Source: Salisapilia sapeloensis CBS 127946 (Eukaryota > Protista > Oomycota). From it: a DNA stretch of 64,000 bases. Shown here piece after piece: positions 1-11,592 of the stretch (positions are counted from its first letter, which is position 1; every line of letters starts with the position of its first letter). The position numbers and the translations under genes are program-made. The notes below the pieces were generated by a model. That model was not told the DNA's origin and did not search any database. It saw nothing but the letters and a program-made list of their open reading frames with translations. The stretch spans positions 75,863 to 139,862 of the forward strand of contig JAADVB010000013.1 of the NCBI GenBank assembly GCA_023334545.1, read 5' to 3'.

Positions 1-2289
1 TGCGCTGAGAGTACGCCGTGTAGACGCCGAGCATGTCCTGGAAGATGAAGCCCATCTGCTTATTGAATCCATGCGGACCAACAGCCTTGCAGACGCGAGC
101 GTTGGTGCGAAGGATCTTGACAATCTCCTTGACGCCCTGCGCGTCGTACAGGATGTTTACGTTCTGGGAAGCAGACGCCATGACACTCTTCCACGACTCG
201 TTCGGGAGCTTCATCAGTCGTTCGACCAAGAACTCCTTTCGTTGCAGATTCGGCTCCGACGCAATCATCGCCGCGACAGCTTCACAGAACGTATGCACTT
301 GGTGTGTCTCCAAGTCCGAGACGATGCGTGGGAAGTCATCAAGCAATTCATCGACGAACGGACGAGCTTCCGACGCTTGCGTCGTCACGAACTTCTTTCG
401 GCACTTTTGTGCAATCTTGAGGAACGTATCGCATGCCATGTCCTGTACGCCCGGATGGAGCTCATGCATGAACTCAAAGAGTTTGTTGACGACCGTACGC
501 AGGAATTTCCAATGCGCACGGAGGAAACGAGGGTACTGTCCGACGACGTACATGATGTTACTGGCCACGACAGCCTTATTGTCCTTCCCGCGCTTCATCT
601 CGCACAGACCGAGAAGATCTTTGATGACTGTCACGAGGAAGCGCTTTTCGTTGTCCTCGTTCATGGCGCCAGAGATAGATCCGATGGCCCAGCACAATGT
701 GTTCAGATTATTCCACGACCACTCCGTGCCTTCCACCTGCGCTGTCAGTTTCTCCAGCATAATTGTCTCCGTATCATCATAGTTGAGATGCGTCAAGTAC
801 ACGAGCGTCTCGTGCATCGTCTTGTACATGGACAAGGCTTCCGTGTCCTTGGTCGTCTCTCGAACGATCTCTCCGTTCTCATCTTCCACGATCAGCACTT
901 CCTGCGGTTTCACCATCTTGGAGATCATCACATGGCGCACTCGTGTGAGGACTGGTTCGACCAACTGGCGTCGAGATGTGCTGTTGCCTTGGAAACCTGC
1001 GAGCGCTGACTGTTCGCTCTGGAATTCACTGTACAGTTCTTTCGTGAAGAAATGCCAATAGTCCAGACAGATCTTAAAGATGCCGTCGTCATCCACTTCT
1101 GAGATCGTCACGAGGTACCAGCATCCAGCTAAAAGAGCTTGATGCGCTTCGTCCCCTGGACGCTGGATGTGGCGTCCGACGACGTTGAAGTGGTAGCGGA
1201 AGAAGGAGGTGAAGAAGAGACTTAGGCGCTGGACAAAGATCTCGTCCTGGTCGTAATACGGCTCGAACGAGTTGCCAGGGACGATGATGCGACCCACTTC
1301 CGTCAAGACGTTGGCGTAGAGACGGTAGTAGACTGGGTCATACTGCTCCGGTACGTCACGCAGCTGAGCGATTTCACTGAGACACGAGATGGTGTCGTTA
1401 CGGAAGTGGTTGGTGTTAAGGAACTTTGTCGTCAGGATGTTAATGAGATCTGTCTCGAAGATGTAGCCGAGTGGGATCCAGGAGAGGAAACGCAGAAGCG
1501 TCTGTAGCGTGATGGTGAGCAACGGCGGGTGGCTGGACTTGGTCAAGACGAACTCACAGAGCTGGTAGATCTGCGCGAATTCCGTGTTGAGCGACTGCTT
1601 GAGCGACTTGGTTTTCTGTTCCGTCATCTGGTCCTTGGAAAAGTCAAACACTTCTTCACTCAAGAGCTTGAGGATCGTCATGTTATTCTCACACAAGACT
1701 TCGGACGATTTGCTCGAGTTGACAATGTCCGAAATAAAGGACGGCCAGTTCTGCGGCCATTCGTGCTTGAGGATCTGGACGAGCACGAGGTCCATCTTGT
1801 GGACAAACACACGCTCTTGACGCAGTGTGTTCTCATCGGCCGACATCTACACCTCATGTTAAGAAAAGGTTGTATATGAGTTGTAAGGAGATGGTCGTAC
1901 CGTCAGAACTTTGTTGACAATGTAGCTTTTGATCCCTTCTCGCTGATCCTTTGGCAAGACCTTCCATCTGTAGCGAATCGCGTCCTCCAGAATCTGTTAT
2001 GACAACCAAGTACGTTTAATATGCGTCGTGTCGATTTAATATTGAGATCAAAAAAGATGTATGGACATACCTGTAGGCCAAAGAACTTGGTCTGTGGCGT
2101 CGAGGCTTTTTCCAAAATGTCCGAGGCTCGTGTCCAAGCATCTTGGTGCTCCTGGAGCGCGACCATGATCTGGTTGGCGACCCGCTGGTGGGGGCTCTTT
2201 GGGTCGTTCATGCATTGCACCACTTGCTCAAGCGCCTGGACGTCAAAGGGCTGTGAAAAGTCCAATAGTCGATTGCCAACGTCTTCCAT
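1..2289 (-). CDS. XPO1: Exportin-1/CRM1; C-terminal part runs off the left edge of the window
   Basis: Manual splicing over introns 1994-2069 and 1847-1900 (both GT-AG) gives [24 protein letters not shown]...KFFGLQ|[31 protein letters not shown]|[34 protein letters not shown]. This is the typical CRM1 importin-beta N-terminal/Xpo1 sequence. Confidence 0.93.
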
Positions 2290-2722
2290 TTGGACTACAC
2301 TCTGGCTTTTTCACGTCTTTTCTTTCTTCGTTTCAATGCCACTCAAACGTAGGCGAGGGAAATGACAGACGGTAGCAAGTACCTTGAATAATCACTAGAG
2401 GGTCGTCGAAAGATTCGTTTGTCAAGTTAACGGAAGAGCTAGCACACGCGATACAGGTTGATCGTCGCGCGTATATGCTTGCAAACCAAAACTTCGTCTG
2501 CTTGAGTTCTTCGACGTAGATGGATATCATGTGGTCCACACTAGCTATCTGACGCCATACGCTCCAGGCTACTTAAGCGCTACTTTCTCGCTGCTTGGGT
2601 CTCCACCAATCCACGTGCGTTCAGGACTGATGACGACTTCGAAGACATTTGTTGACTCAACTCGTTCAGTTTTATCGCACGCGAATTAGTTCATTCGTCT
2701 TTTTCGTCTCAAGTACGCAGCG

Positions 2723-3845
2723 ATGAGTGAATTAGCTAAAGATGAGAATGCTACCGTGTTCAAGAACAAGGAAGGTGAGGAAGTGATCGGTTATGAACCT
2801 CCGGCCTACTTTGGCAAGGACTCCAAGTTACCACCGTGGCTCCAGTCTGCTCTCATGGATCTCTGGTTCTTCGTCACGATCCACTACAACTTCTATCAAG
2901 CCGTTGCGCTCTACATGTTCTACTGTATGTACCAGGTATGCTTTCGACCGTATCACACCGCCCCCTATGTTTTTCTTATTCCCAATTGTCTAGTCTGGAT
3001 ATGGACTTGTCGCCATTGCGCTCATTGCGCTCTATGTTCCCTACTTCTTTAATGGCAAGCAGTACACGGGTAACGGTGACCAATGGGAAGCTCTACGACG
3101 AATGGAGCTGTGGAATGTTTGGGCCAACTACCTCAAGCTGGAGCTCGTGCGAGAGGAGCCTCTCGACAGCAGTCGCAAGCACATATTTGGATACCATCCG
3201 CACGGTATTATCATCTTATCCAGAATTGCTACCTATGGTGGTGTGTGGGAAAAGCTTTTCCCAGGCATCCCCACACGTGTGCTTGGTGCGACGCCTGTGT
3301 TCTACGTTCCTGGCGGCCGTGAAATCTCTCTATGGCTTGGAGCAGTGGATGCTGGAAAATCTACGGCGAACAAAGTACTCAAGAGTGGCAACGCCATGAC
3401 CGTGTACCCTGGTGGCATCCGTGAAATGTTCCATGTCGACCCGAAATCGAAAGAGAACCGCATCGTCCTCCAAACGCGCTTTGGCTTTATCAAGTTGGCG
3501 CTACGTCACGGTGCTGACCTCGTCCCGACCTTTGTGTTCGGCGAGAAATGGGCGTACAGTGTATGGAACCCACCAAAGGCTCTGCGAGACTTTGTCCTCA
3601 AGTACCTGCAGATGCCATTGACGGTCTTCTGGGGTCGCATCGGTTGGGTGCCGCACCGTCCGGCTGAAGGCAAAAGGTTTGGCATTGTCTACGGCAAGTC
3701 GATCAAGGTGGAGCAAGTGGAAGAACCAACCGAAGAACAAGTCAAGGAACTACATGCCAAGTACGTGACCGAGGTCAAGAGACTATTCGAAACGTACAAG
3801 AAGCGTTTCGGATATGATGACGATGAATCGCTTGTCATTGTATAA
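2723..3845 (+). CDS. DGAT2: Diacylglycerol O-acyltransferase 2 family (DAGAT)
   Basis: Intron 2936-2993 joins the two ORFs in frame. Motifs FGYHPHG, YPGGIREM, RFGFIKLALRHGADLVPTFVFGE and an N-terminal hydrophobic segment are present. Confidence 0.9.
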
Positions 3846-4051
3846 AGCCGCTAGATACATAAGAAAGCAATTCAAGTTAGATTGATGCTGACGAAGGTGT
3901 TGATTCGATACTTGCTTCTTTCTATCTACTCGAGACGTTTCGCGACGGGGATGGAAATAACCAACCTGCTCATCGTTTGAAGCTATTTTTACCTCGTTGA
4001 TGCTTGTCATCTCTTCCTGCGTCAAAAGGACAAGCAGGTCTACTTGTACGA

Positions 4052-7000
4052 ATGGCCTTTGCTACCAAGCACGACTCACTTCGACATGCAAAAGTAGCCA
4101 CATCTCGTACTTCCAACGGCGTGTTCGACAACGTTGATGACCTCTACGATACCAATGCCTTTGAGGACGATGGCGATCCTGCATGCAATGAAATTGAGGA
4201 TAAGAAACTTAGTAGCAAGAGCGGGAAGTCTGTGAAAACACAGGCTTCGGTGGCGAACGGGCCGAGTCGAAACAAGTCAGTCTTTGATGTGTGGGTGAAT
4301 CGGAAAGACAAGTACGAGCGGACGGTGGATGCATTGCATCAACTTGACATTAATCGAGCTGCTGACGATGCGCAATGGTTTGAAGTGGCGGTGTGCCTTG
4401 CAGCAACTGATTGTGCAGTGAAGATTGGGAGGATACCAGAGTGTGATTGTCCAGGTATCTGTCGAGACAGATCGCATGCTGTTGTGAGACAGCGTACTCG
4501 TTGTCAATGTCCAGCAAAGAAATGTGCTATTTGCAATCGATGCATTAATACCACTCCAGGAAGTATTACAGACAAGATGCTGGAAGCGATAGCTCCATAT
4601 GCACCTGCTAATATTCAATTAGCCAACGCGAATCCACAGCAAGTGTTGGAACTCGCTTCGCACATTATTCGATTAGGTGAAGGCCGCTACTTGGAAGGCA
4701 GCAAGATATGCAGCGCAGTCCTGCGTATGGCGAATCTCATTCTGCAGCAGTGCAGCGTCCGGACAAATGAGAATGGCAAGCCAATTCAGCGTCCGTGCAA
4801 CTGTCCATTGCGGTCACTAGCTGAAGCTTGGACGAAATGGTCGACGAATTACCACACGTTCGCCCAGGCCAAGCTTACGAAAGCAGAAGCGGATCAATTT
4901 TCCTCTGGAACGAAGCAAATGATGGACTATGATGAATCAACGCAGACGTATTACATGACACTTAAGTGGCATCGAGCTGCGAAACCTCAGAAAGGAGACA
5001 CAGCTAAAATTGCTGCGAGGAGAGCCTTGACGGCTGACCAGAAAAAACAGAACGCTCTCTTTCTTAAGCTATGTAAGCGGTCATGGGCACAAGCTCAAGA
5101 ACGTGTAGCCGAATTACTCCAGCAACGCTTATCAAAGCTTACAGACGCAGATGAAGAAGACAACCAAGGCTCGAGTAAGCCAACGCGAAGTGAAATCGAA
5201 ATGCAAGTGCTACATCGAATTGGCATTCGCCGACTACTTCAGTGGGTCGAAGAGGATCGAGAGACGATCGCGAATCAAAAGCAGGAAGAGCAACGCGACA
5301 AGCTCGAAGGCGGAGTGGTTGCACATCGAGCGTGGGCGAATCGGAAAGATCGACTGCGTGTCCGACTTCCAGACCAGGAGGCACTGCCTGGCACAAAGCA
5401 GAAACCTTCAAAGTCTCGGTTTGACTTTTCGACTGGTAAAGGTGTAGTGCGTCCAAAGAAGGTTGATTTTCCATCTACTACCGTGGAAATCATGCAGAAT
5501 AGTGGCCTGAAGTATGTTCATGCCATGAACGAAGGCTTTCAAGGTCGTGGTGGTGATTTGGAAAAGTGTCGTGAGCTCTTAAAGAAGAAAGGGTATCTGC
5601 GTGGAGGGAAGAACAATGACGCAAAAGGTAACGAAAGGACGACTAAGCAAGATCGGGAACAGCTTCGGAAGTTGCAATATGAGGCTTGGATTACGCATAA
5701 AGCACTTGAGGATAAAGCTGTCAAGTTCATGCAGCACATTCCAAAGCCGTTAGACATGAGCAATGTAGAAACGCTCGAACATAGTGTTTCGAATCTTGTC
5801 GAAAAGAGGTGGGAAGACGTTGGTAGAGCTTTGAAGGCAGTCGATCGTGGACTTCTGGAGACATGGATCAGTTGGACAGATGGGTACCATGGCGCTGGAC
5901 GATGCCGAATGCTGTGGGAGAGTTTTCCACCGATTGCATGCGATGTGCATTGTACATCTTCTCCGATCCGAGATGTGTTTCTTAAGCTAATCCACCGTCA
6001 GAACACGGATTACAAAGCTGCGTTCATGGAACATTGCAGCTATAAAGTCCGAAAGGCTATTGCACGAGGTGAAGAGGAGCTTGAGGACATGACCGAAGAG
6101 GAGCAAGCAGAACGATTTGCCAAGATGACCCCAGTGGAATTTGTCCGCTTGCTTCGTGATCTTGGCATTGTGCTACAGACAGAAGAGGCAAGTCGGATGG
6201 CTACGTATTTTGACACGGATGGGGACGGGTCTATTAGCATGACCGAGTTCTTACAAGTGGTTGGAGACTTTCGCCACAGTGATTGCGTTGGGGATACCGA
6301 CGTACTACTGAAAAACGTGTGTGCATGGGAAACTGTTTGCCATGAATGCGGTATGTTAAATGCCTTTCAGCTAACTGCAGGCACGACGTCTTCAAGCTCT
6401 GTTCGTATGAGATGTGAGCTGCCTGGTCATGCAAAGCGGAGAGCGCTCTTTCCAAAGAGGTTTCCATGTCATCCAGAGGCGGATCTACACCATGTGAAAG
6501 AGATTGCGCCAGACAGATGCAGCTACGCAAAGTGGACAAATGACAAGGCCATTCCGTTTTTAAAGCAACTTGAAATTTGGTCCGCTGAAGCTCGAGAGCA
6601 GCTATCCTTGCATAACATGGTCGAAAGTGGTCGGTCGCCAGCGGCGCCAACTCTATTTCGAGATGAAGATGATAGTTTGGACCCAACGACTTCACTTTAT
6701 CTGCGTTGGAGTCCGGCGAAAGTAGATGGTTTTAACGGCGCTGCTTTCTACATCCTCGAAAGCATGGGCGCAGAAGGATCCACAACGTTTCGCAATAACG
6801 AGTATAAGGAGATCTATCGAGACCCTAAAGACTATCTGGACAATGATGGCAAGCCTCGATATAAATTTGTTGTTCGAGGGCTTCAACCAAGCACAAAGTA
6901 TGGTTTCCGACTGCGCGCTTTCAATGGCTTTGGTGCTAGTCCGTATACCATTGGATACTACTTTACGAACCCAGCAACTCCACCTGCACCGTCCATTTTA

Positions 7001-9253
7001 GCAACAACAGCGAACAGCATTACCGTTGGATGGGAGACTGAAAGTTATTATCGTCGACAGTTGAAGGAACTACGTAAAGTATTTGAGGAAGCTGATGCGG
7101 ATGGAAATGGGCAGATATCACGAGACGAGTTCATGGAGGAAGTGGAAAGACGAAAACCTCGGTTATTGGCTTTCTTGCAAGCTGCGAAAGCGCCCATCAA
7201 CGTCAGTAGTGACAACTTAGGCCAGCGTACGAAATCTGTAAAAGCTGTAAGCGTATTTGATGCGATTGAGACGGATGACAACGAATTGATTTCGTGGGAA
7301 GAGTTCGTCCAGTACTTTCGAAAGTATGTTGATTTGCTTGATACTACTGAAGGTGATGCAGAAGACAGCAACAAGGCGAACTCTGCAAAACAGAAGAAGC
7401 ATGGCTGGGTTAAAGCTTCGCATGCTGATGCCAGTCGACCGTATGGCGGCTGCAGATACATCCTCAAGCAGTGCACACACGAATCTGACGGAGAGTATGT
7501 CGAAATCTACCGAGGCACCAATACTCGGTACACTATACATGGTTTGGCCAGTGGTAGTACATTCCAATTTCGTGTGCAAGCGTACAATGAAGAAGACCTA
7601 TATAGCTTACACAGTGAGCCTGTAATCGCGAACACACTCCTGCAGACTCCATCGGCTCCGTCCGTCGTAACAGGGAGTATCGCGGCGACGTCTCTCAAGC
7701 TGAAATGGGAATCTGCAACTTCCCGGCCGAGTTTATCTCGAGAATTAGCACAGTTACAAGCTAAAAAGGCATCTTCGTCAGCGAAAGTGGGCGCGAATTT
7801 AAAGAAAGCACGTGTAGGAGAGGATAGCATCACTCGTATACTAAAGGAGTGGGCAAACGAGACTAGCATTGATGAAGGAAGTATTGACTACAGAGCACGC
7901 TTTGATCGCTATGACGTGGATAAAAGCGGGTATATCGAGCTTCCGGAGTTTAAGACGATGCTTGAAGAGCTTGGCGTAGCAGCCACGGACGAAAGACTCG
8001 CAGCGTACTTGGACAAGTATGATCTAGATAACGATGGTCGTATTTCATTTTCTGAGTTTGCTAAATGGTGGGATGCACCGGATGTACAATACGTTGTCAA
8101 GCGCGACGTCGGAGATGTGGGCTCCATGAGTGAATTGCCACGCAACGACAAATGCGGCATGTACAGTCCAGATCAAATGAAGATTGTCTCATATCGCGGG
8201 ACGCATACGTCAAGTGTGATTAGTGGACTAGTACCGAATACTTTCTACAAGTTCCGTCTGCGCACAGTATCAGCCCACGCTTCCAGCCAGCTGAGCGACT
8301 CCCTTGGCGTATGGACAGCACCAGACATCCCTTCCTCTACTGGTCGCATCAGCGTGCTATCAGTGCAAGCGCAGATTCGATGGTACCCTGGTGAAAATGG
8401 TGCGTACAAGTACATTGTAGAGCGCAAGTTTATCGAAACACTGGACCCATTGGCCATCAACGAAAAGCGCAATCGGCCTCGCTCTCCGAACAAAGCTGAC
8501 GACTCCGACTCGTTCGACTGGCTGACAGCGTATGAAGGTGTGGACACTATTATCAAGCTTGTAAATCTCAAACCGAACTCAGTGTATCGCTTGCGAGTGT
8601 TCGCTGTGAATAGGAATGGTGTTCGCAGTGAACAGTCCATGGTAACTCAAATGTGCACTACGACAAGAGAAGAGGAGAAACGCTACGGCATCCTTCGTCC
8701 AAGTGCTGCTGCCGACCAGTTCCCGATCGAGTGTGAGCGAGGTGACTTGGTAGTAGGAGACACGGCGCTTTTCAGTGAAAGACTGATCCGCCTACGGTCT
8801 GGTAAAATGACACAAGACGACGGGACGTACGATGTCCAGGTTCAATCCCAAACTCATCGTCTGTCACGTGCATCATCCATCACGAGTTACCGGAATTTGA
8901 ACGAGTCTAGAGAAATCGCAGAAGCGGTTGGTGAGCGCACGGTTGCCGCTCGTGTCACAGCTATCCGATCCCACGAAAAGCATGGTAGACTACTGACGCT
9001 GCAAGTTGTTTATTGTACCGTCCACATACAGGATGCTGGTCAAAATAACCCACCACATCGGCTATCCAGACAGCTTTCTGCTCGAAGTTTTAACGTAAAG
9101 GCGTTATCTGCTCGGGGTCCTCTATCCTCCGATTTGATTCTACCAACGGATTTAAAAGTTACGAGGAGGGAAAAAGTCATGTTCCGGCACGACGTGTTTC
9201 GGACCGAATGGATTGACGAGGACGCTCGTCGAGTCGAAACGTGGGATAGATAA
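4052..9253 (+). CDS. Large intronless protein with several EF-hands and fibronectin type III domains, a Cys-rich N-terminus and a PriCT-2-like motif
   Basis: EF loops DTDGDGSISMTEF, DADGNGQISRDEF, DVDKSGYIELPEF and DLDNDGRISFSEF. FN3 signatures GLQPSTKYGFRLRAFN, GLASGSTFQFRVQAYN, GLVPNTFYKFRLR and NLKPNSVYRLRVFAVN. First ATG is at 4052. Confidence 0.8.
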   Translation: MAFATKHDSLRHAKVATSRTSNGVFDNVDDLYDTNAFEDDGDPACNEIEDKKLSSKSGKSVKTQASVANGPSRNKSVFDVWVNRKDKYERTVDALHQLDINRAADDAQWFEVAVCLAATDCAVKIGRIPECDCPGICRDRSHAVVRQRTRCQCPAKKCAICNRCINTTPGSITDKMLEAIAPYAPANIQLANANPQQVLELASHIIRLGEGRYLEGSKICSAVLRMANLILQQCSVRTNENGKPIQRPCNCPLRSLAEAWTKWSTNYHTFAQAKLTKAEADQFSSGTKQMMDYDESTQTYYMTLKWHRAAKPQKGDTAKIAARRALTADQKKQNALFLKLCKRSWAQAQERVAELLQQRLSKLTDADEEDNQGSSKPTRSEIEMQVLHRIGIRRLLQWVEEDRETIANQKQEEQRDKLEGGVVAHRAWANRKDRLRVRLPDQEALPGTKQKPSKSRFDFSTGKGVVRPKKVDFPSTTVEIMQNSGLKYVHAMNEGFQGRGGDLEKCRELLKKKGYLRGGKNNDAKGNERTTKQDREQLRKLQYEAWITHKALEDKAVKFMQHIPKPLDMSNVETLEHSVSNLVEKRWEDVGRALKAVDRGLLETWISWTDGYHGAGRCRMLWESFPPIACDVHCTSSPIRDVFLKLIHRQNTDYKAAFMEHCSYKVRKAIARGEEELEDMTEEEQAERFAKMTPVEFVRLLRDLGIVLQTEEASRMATYFDTDGDGSISMTEFLQVVGDFRHSDCVGDTDVLLKNVCAWETVCHECGMLNAFQLTAGTTSSSSVRMRCELPGHAKRRALFPKRFPCHPEADLHHVKEIAPDRCSYAKWTNDKAIPFLKQLEIWSAEAREQLSLHNMVESGRSPAAPTLFRDEDDSLDPTTSLYLRWSPAKVDGFNGAAFYILESMGAEGSTTFRNNEYKEIYRDPKDYLDNDGKPRYKFVVRGLQPSTKYGFRLRAFNGFGASPYTIGYYFTNPATPPAPSILATTANSITVGWETESYYRRQLKELRKVFEEADADGNGQISRDEFMEEVERRKPRLLAFLQAAKAPINVSSDNLGQRTKSVKAVSVFDAIETDDNELISWEEFVQYFRKYVDLLDTTEGDAEDSNKANSAKQKKHGWVKASHADASRPYGGCRYILKQCTHESDGEYVEIYRGTNTRYTIHGLASGSTFQFRVQAYNEEDLYSLHSEPVIANTLLQTPSAPSVVTGSIAATSLKLKWESATSRPSLSRELAQLQAKKASSSAKVGANLKKARVGEDSITRILKEWANETSIDEGSIDYRARFDRYDVDKSGYIELPEFKTMLEELGVAATDERLAAYLDKYDLDNDGRISFSEFAKWWDAPDVQYVVKRDVGDVGSMSELPRNDKCGMYSPDQMKIVSYRGTHTSSVISGLVPNTFYKFRLRTVSAHASSQLSDSLGVWTAPDIPSSTGRISVLSVQAQIRWYPGENGAYKYIVERKFIETLDPLAINEKRNRPRSPNKADDSDSFDWLTAYEGVDTIIKLVNLKPNSVYRLRVFAVNRNGVRSEQSMVTQMCTTTREEEKRYGILRPSAAADQFPIECERGDLVVGDTALFSERLIRLRSGKMTQDDGTYDVQVQSQTHRLSRASSITSYRNLNESREIAEAVGERTVAARVTAIRSHEKHGRLLTLQVVYCTVHIQDAGQNNPPHRLSRQLSARSFNVKALSARGPLSSDLILPTDLKVTRREKVMFRHDVFRTEWIDEDARRVETWDR

Positions 9254-9322
9254 GACCGTAAGATAAAACAATAGCTTCTGTAGTAAGCACATGACTTGTA
9301 CTGCTTCGTGTTTGCACTGGGT

Positions 9323-11479
9323 TTATGCCAGATCGATTTCGCGAATCAGTTCCGACAGCTCCGAGTCTACGTATGATGGTAGAGATGAACCCTTCCCTTT
9401 TCTCTTCCCTGCTTCCTTGAATCGCTTTAATGCGTCATTTCCAGACACGTTGCTTTCGCCCGACTGCTTACGAACGAAGATGACGCTGTTTACATCTTGG
9501 TCCGTGGCTTTCAGACGGAAGACGGATGCGTTTTGCACACCTTCTGACGGCTTAAAAACGTCACGTAGTGTAGATAAGATCTGCTGATAGAGCTGTTTGT
9601 CACGGCATGAAACGTTGATCAAAAGCACTCCATCCGATTCGAGCGAGGCGTACACTTGCTTTAAAAAGACTTCCTGCACAAACGAGACAGGTGGACAACT
9701 CATACCGACACTACGTTCCTTGGCATCAACATCGATGACGATGGAGTCGTAGTGCTCCTTATCGGCTTGGGCTGTCGTGGCTATGTATTCGAGACCATCA
9801 CCGACAATAACGTCCATCCGCTCATCCTGCTCAAAGCCAAAGTAGTCTTCAGCAATCGACACGACTTCCGGATCCAACTCGACTGCTGTCATAGATACGT
9901 TCGGAACATTGTCGTGAACGTACTTGGCCAATGCACCGCCGCCAAGGCCAATAAGTAGCGATTTGTGCTCCTTGTCTTGTGCATTCGCGAGGCAGGCTGC
10001 ATGCAAAGCAGCGACCATGCCATTATGATAATCAAAGGCTAGGTAGGACTGGTCCACGACTTTGTTACCACCGTTCTTCTTCTTCTTCCGCTTGTTCCGT
10101 TTCTTCTTGGACTTGGAATCCGTTGCGGAAGTCTCTGCTTTTGCTTCCACAAGTCGTACTTCACTCTGTATCACACTGGTGTTCGAAAGGAAGATCAATC
10201 GGCGTAAATGATCTCCTGCATCGTCCACTTCTTCAATAAAGTATTCGCCACTTACCTGAGACTTGCCTTGATGCACGATATTACGTTTACCAAGTCCTTC
10301 ATCCACTGTCAAGTATGGGATCTTCTCGTTCTTCGTCAACGTCTCCGGCGCTAGTTCCATGATTTTACCATTCAACTCTTCCTGCACCTGATCTGTACTT
10401 TGGAAGACGTGGCCTCGACCGAGAGCAACCATAATCAGCCGACTGAAGCCAGCACCTTGACCCAGCTCCCATGCTCCTTCCTCTGTGGCAAACATCCACT
10501 CGGTCTCTCGACCTTGTGGGATGAGGAAGACAGCGCAACTACCATTGTTTCCTTTCATGCTTACGTCCACTAGGCGCAACGTGAACCGAGGCACAGTGTT
10601 AGATGCCGCTCCTGCATCGTGCGAGATGAGCTCGACGATTTCCTGCCGGCCGATCCGAAGCTGACGTAAAGTAACCTGCGTCATGGCGTACCATTGGGTA
10701 GCCTCGACTTCATGAATCAGCCACTGCTTTCTTTCGTCTCCATCCTTTGATGCGTACGTCTTCTCGTTGTAGGTGACAGTCTGCGGCACAGACTTCATGT
10801 CGGGTGAACACTTGATTGCCGAGATGAGGAAAGGAACAAACGGTTTACGAGCGTCTCGAGGCATTTCAGCAATCTTAACTCCCCATGCCATGTCATCAGA
10901 TGCTCCAGGGTTGCAGCAGAACGTTAGCAAGTGGTCGAGGATAAAGTCCTGGGCCATGGAAACGCAAAAGTATTTTCCTCCGGGTGCCAAGACGCGCTTA
11001 ATTTCACTCAGCATTTTCGTCGCATCTGCTCGAATGGCTTCTGTATTTTCAGCCATGAGTGCATCCAAAGCACCCTTATCCAGCACGACATCGAATGTCT
11101 CGTCTTTGAAGTCGTTCATATTGGTCATGTCCATCACTTTCCACTCCATCTCCGGATGCTTATTCTGCATCTCCTTGATGACCAAGTCACTGAAATCGAT
11201 ACTCACAAGGCTTTTAAACCCGTCCGAGTACAAGTCGTGACTAAGTGCAGAGTTACCGCATCCGACGACAAGAACCTTGAGCGACTGCTTCACTCTGCTC
11301 TGAAGCTTGTCATCGCTGGCTGCGGACGCTGCGAGGCTCAATTGATTGTACATTTCAGGACGTAGCTGTGCATATTCCCCGTACCATTCGAATGCCTGGT
11401 CATTACGCTTCCGGAAAAAGTCTTCCCAGTACTCTTTCTTGCGGAAATCACCATACTGCCGCGGTAGTAGATCGCTCAT
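9323..11479 (-). CDS. METTL13: eEF1A lysine and N-terminal methyltransferase (METTL13-like, two SAM-dependent domains)
   Basis: N-terminal YWEDFF..FEWYG, VLVVGCGNS and VVLDKGALDAL. C-terminal spermidine-synthase-like domain with LLIGLGGGAL, VELDPEVV and DSIVIDVD. Start placed at MSDLLP by similarity. Confidence 0.9.
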   Translation of the reverse strand: MSDLLPRQYGDFRKKEYWEDFFRKRNDQAFEWYGEYAQLRPEMYNQLSLAASAASDDKLQSRVKQSLKVLVVGCGNSALSHDLYSDGFKSLVSIDFSDLVIKEMQNKHPEMEWKVMDMTNMNDFKDETFDVVLDKGALDALMAENTEAIRADATKMLSEIKRVLAPGGKYFCVSMAQDFILDHLLTFCCNPGASDDMAWGVKIAEMPRDARKPFVPFLISAIKCSPDMKSVPQTVTYNEKTYASKDGDERKQWLIHEVEATQWYAMTQVTLRQLRIGRQEIVELISHDAGAASNTVPRFTLRLVDVSMKGNNGSCAVFLIPQGRETEWMFATEEGAWELGQGAGFSRLIMVALGRGHVFQSTDQVQEELNGKIMELAPETLTKNEKIPYLTVDEGLGKRNIVHQGKSQVSGEYFIEEVDDAGDHLRRLIFLSNTSVIQSEVRLVEAKAETSATDSKSKKKRNKRKKKKNGGNKVVDQSYLAFDYHNGMVAALHAACLANAQDKEHKSLLIGLGGGALAKYVHDNVPNVSMTAVELDPEVVSIAEDYFGFEQDERMDVIVGDGLEYIATTAQADKEHYDSIVIDVDAKERSVGMSCPPVSFVQEVFLKQVYASLESDGVLLINVSCRDKQLYQQILSTLRDVFKPSEGVQNASVFRLKATDQDVNSVIFVRKQSGESNVSGNDALKRFKEAGKRKGKGSSLPSYVDSELSELIREIDLA

Positions 11480-11592
11480 GGTGTCGACCTGATAAATTTG
11501 GTTTGGTTGGTGCACTTCTGGTGTCGCTTCCGAAAACCTTCTGTCAACCTTCGATCAGTTCGAGCGACTTCTGACACCAAATTTGGACACGA

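Noticed and set aside
33-1879. Plus-strand ORFs of 249, 312, 92 and 116 aa
   Set aside because: They are antisense shadows of the XPO1 coding exon and have no recognisable motifs.
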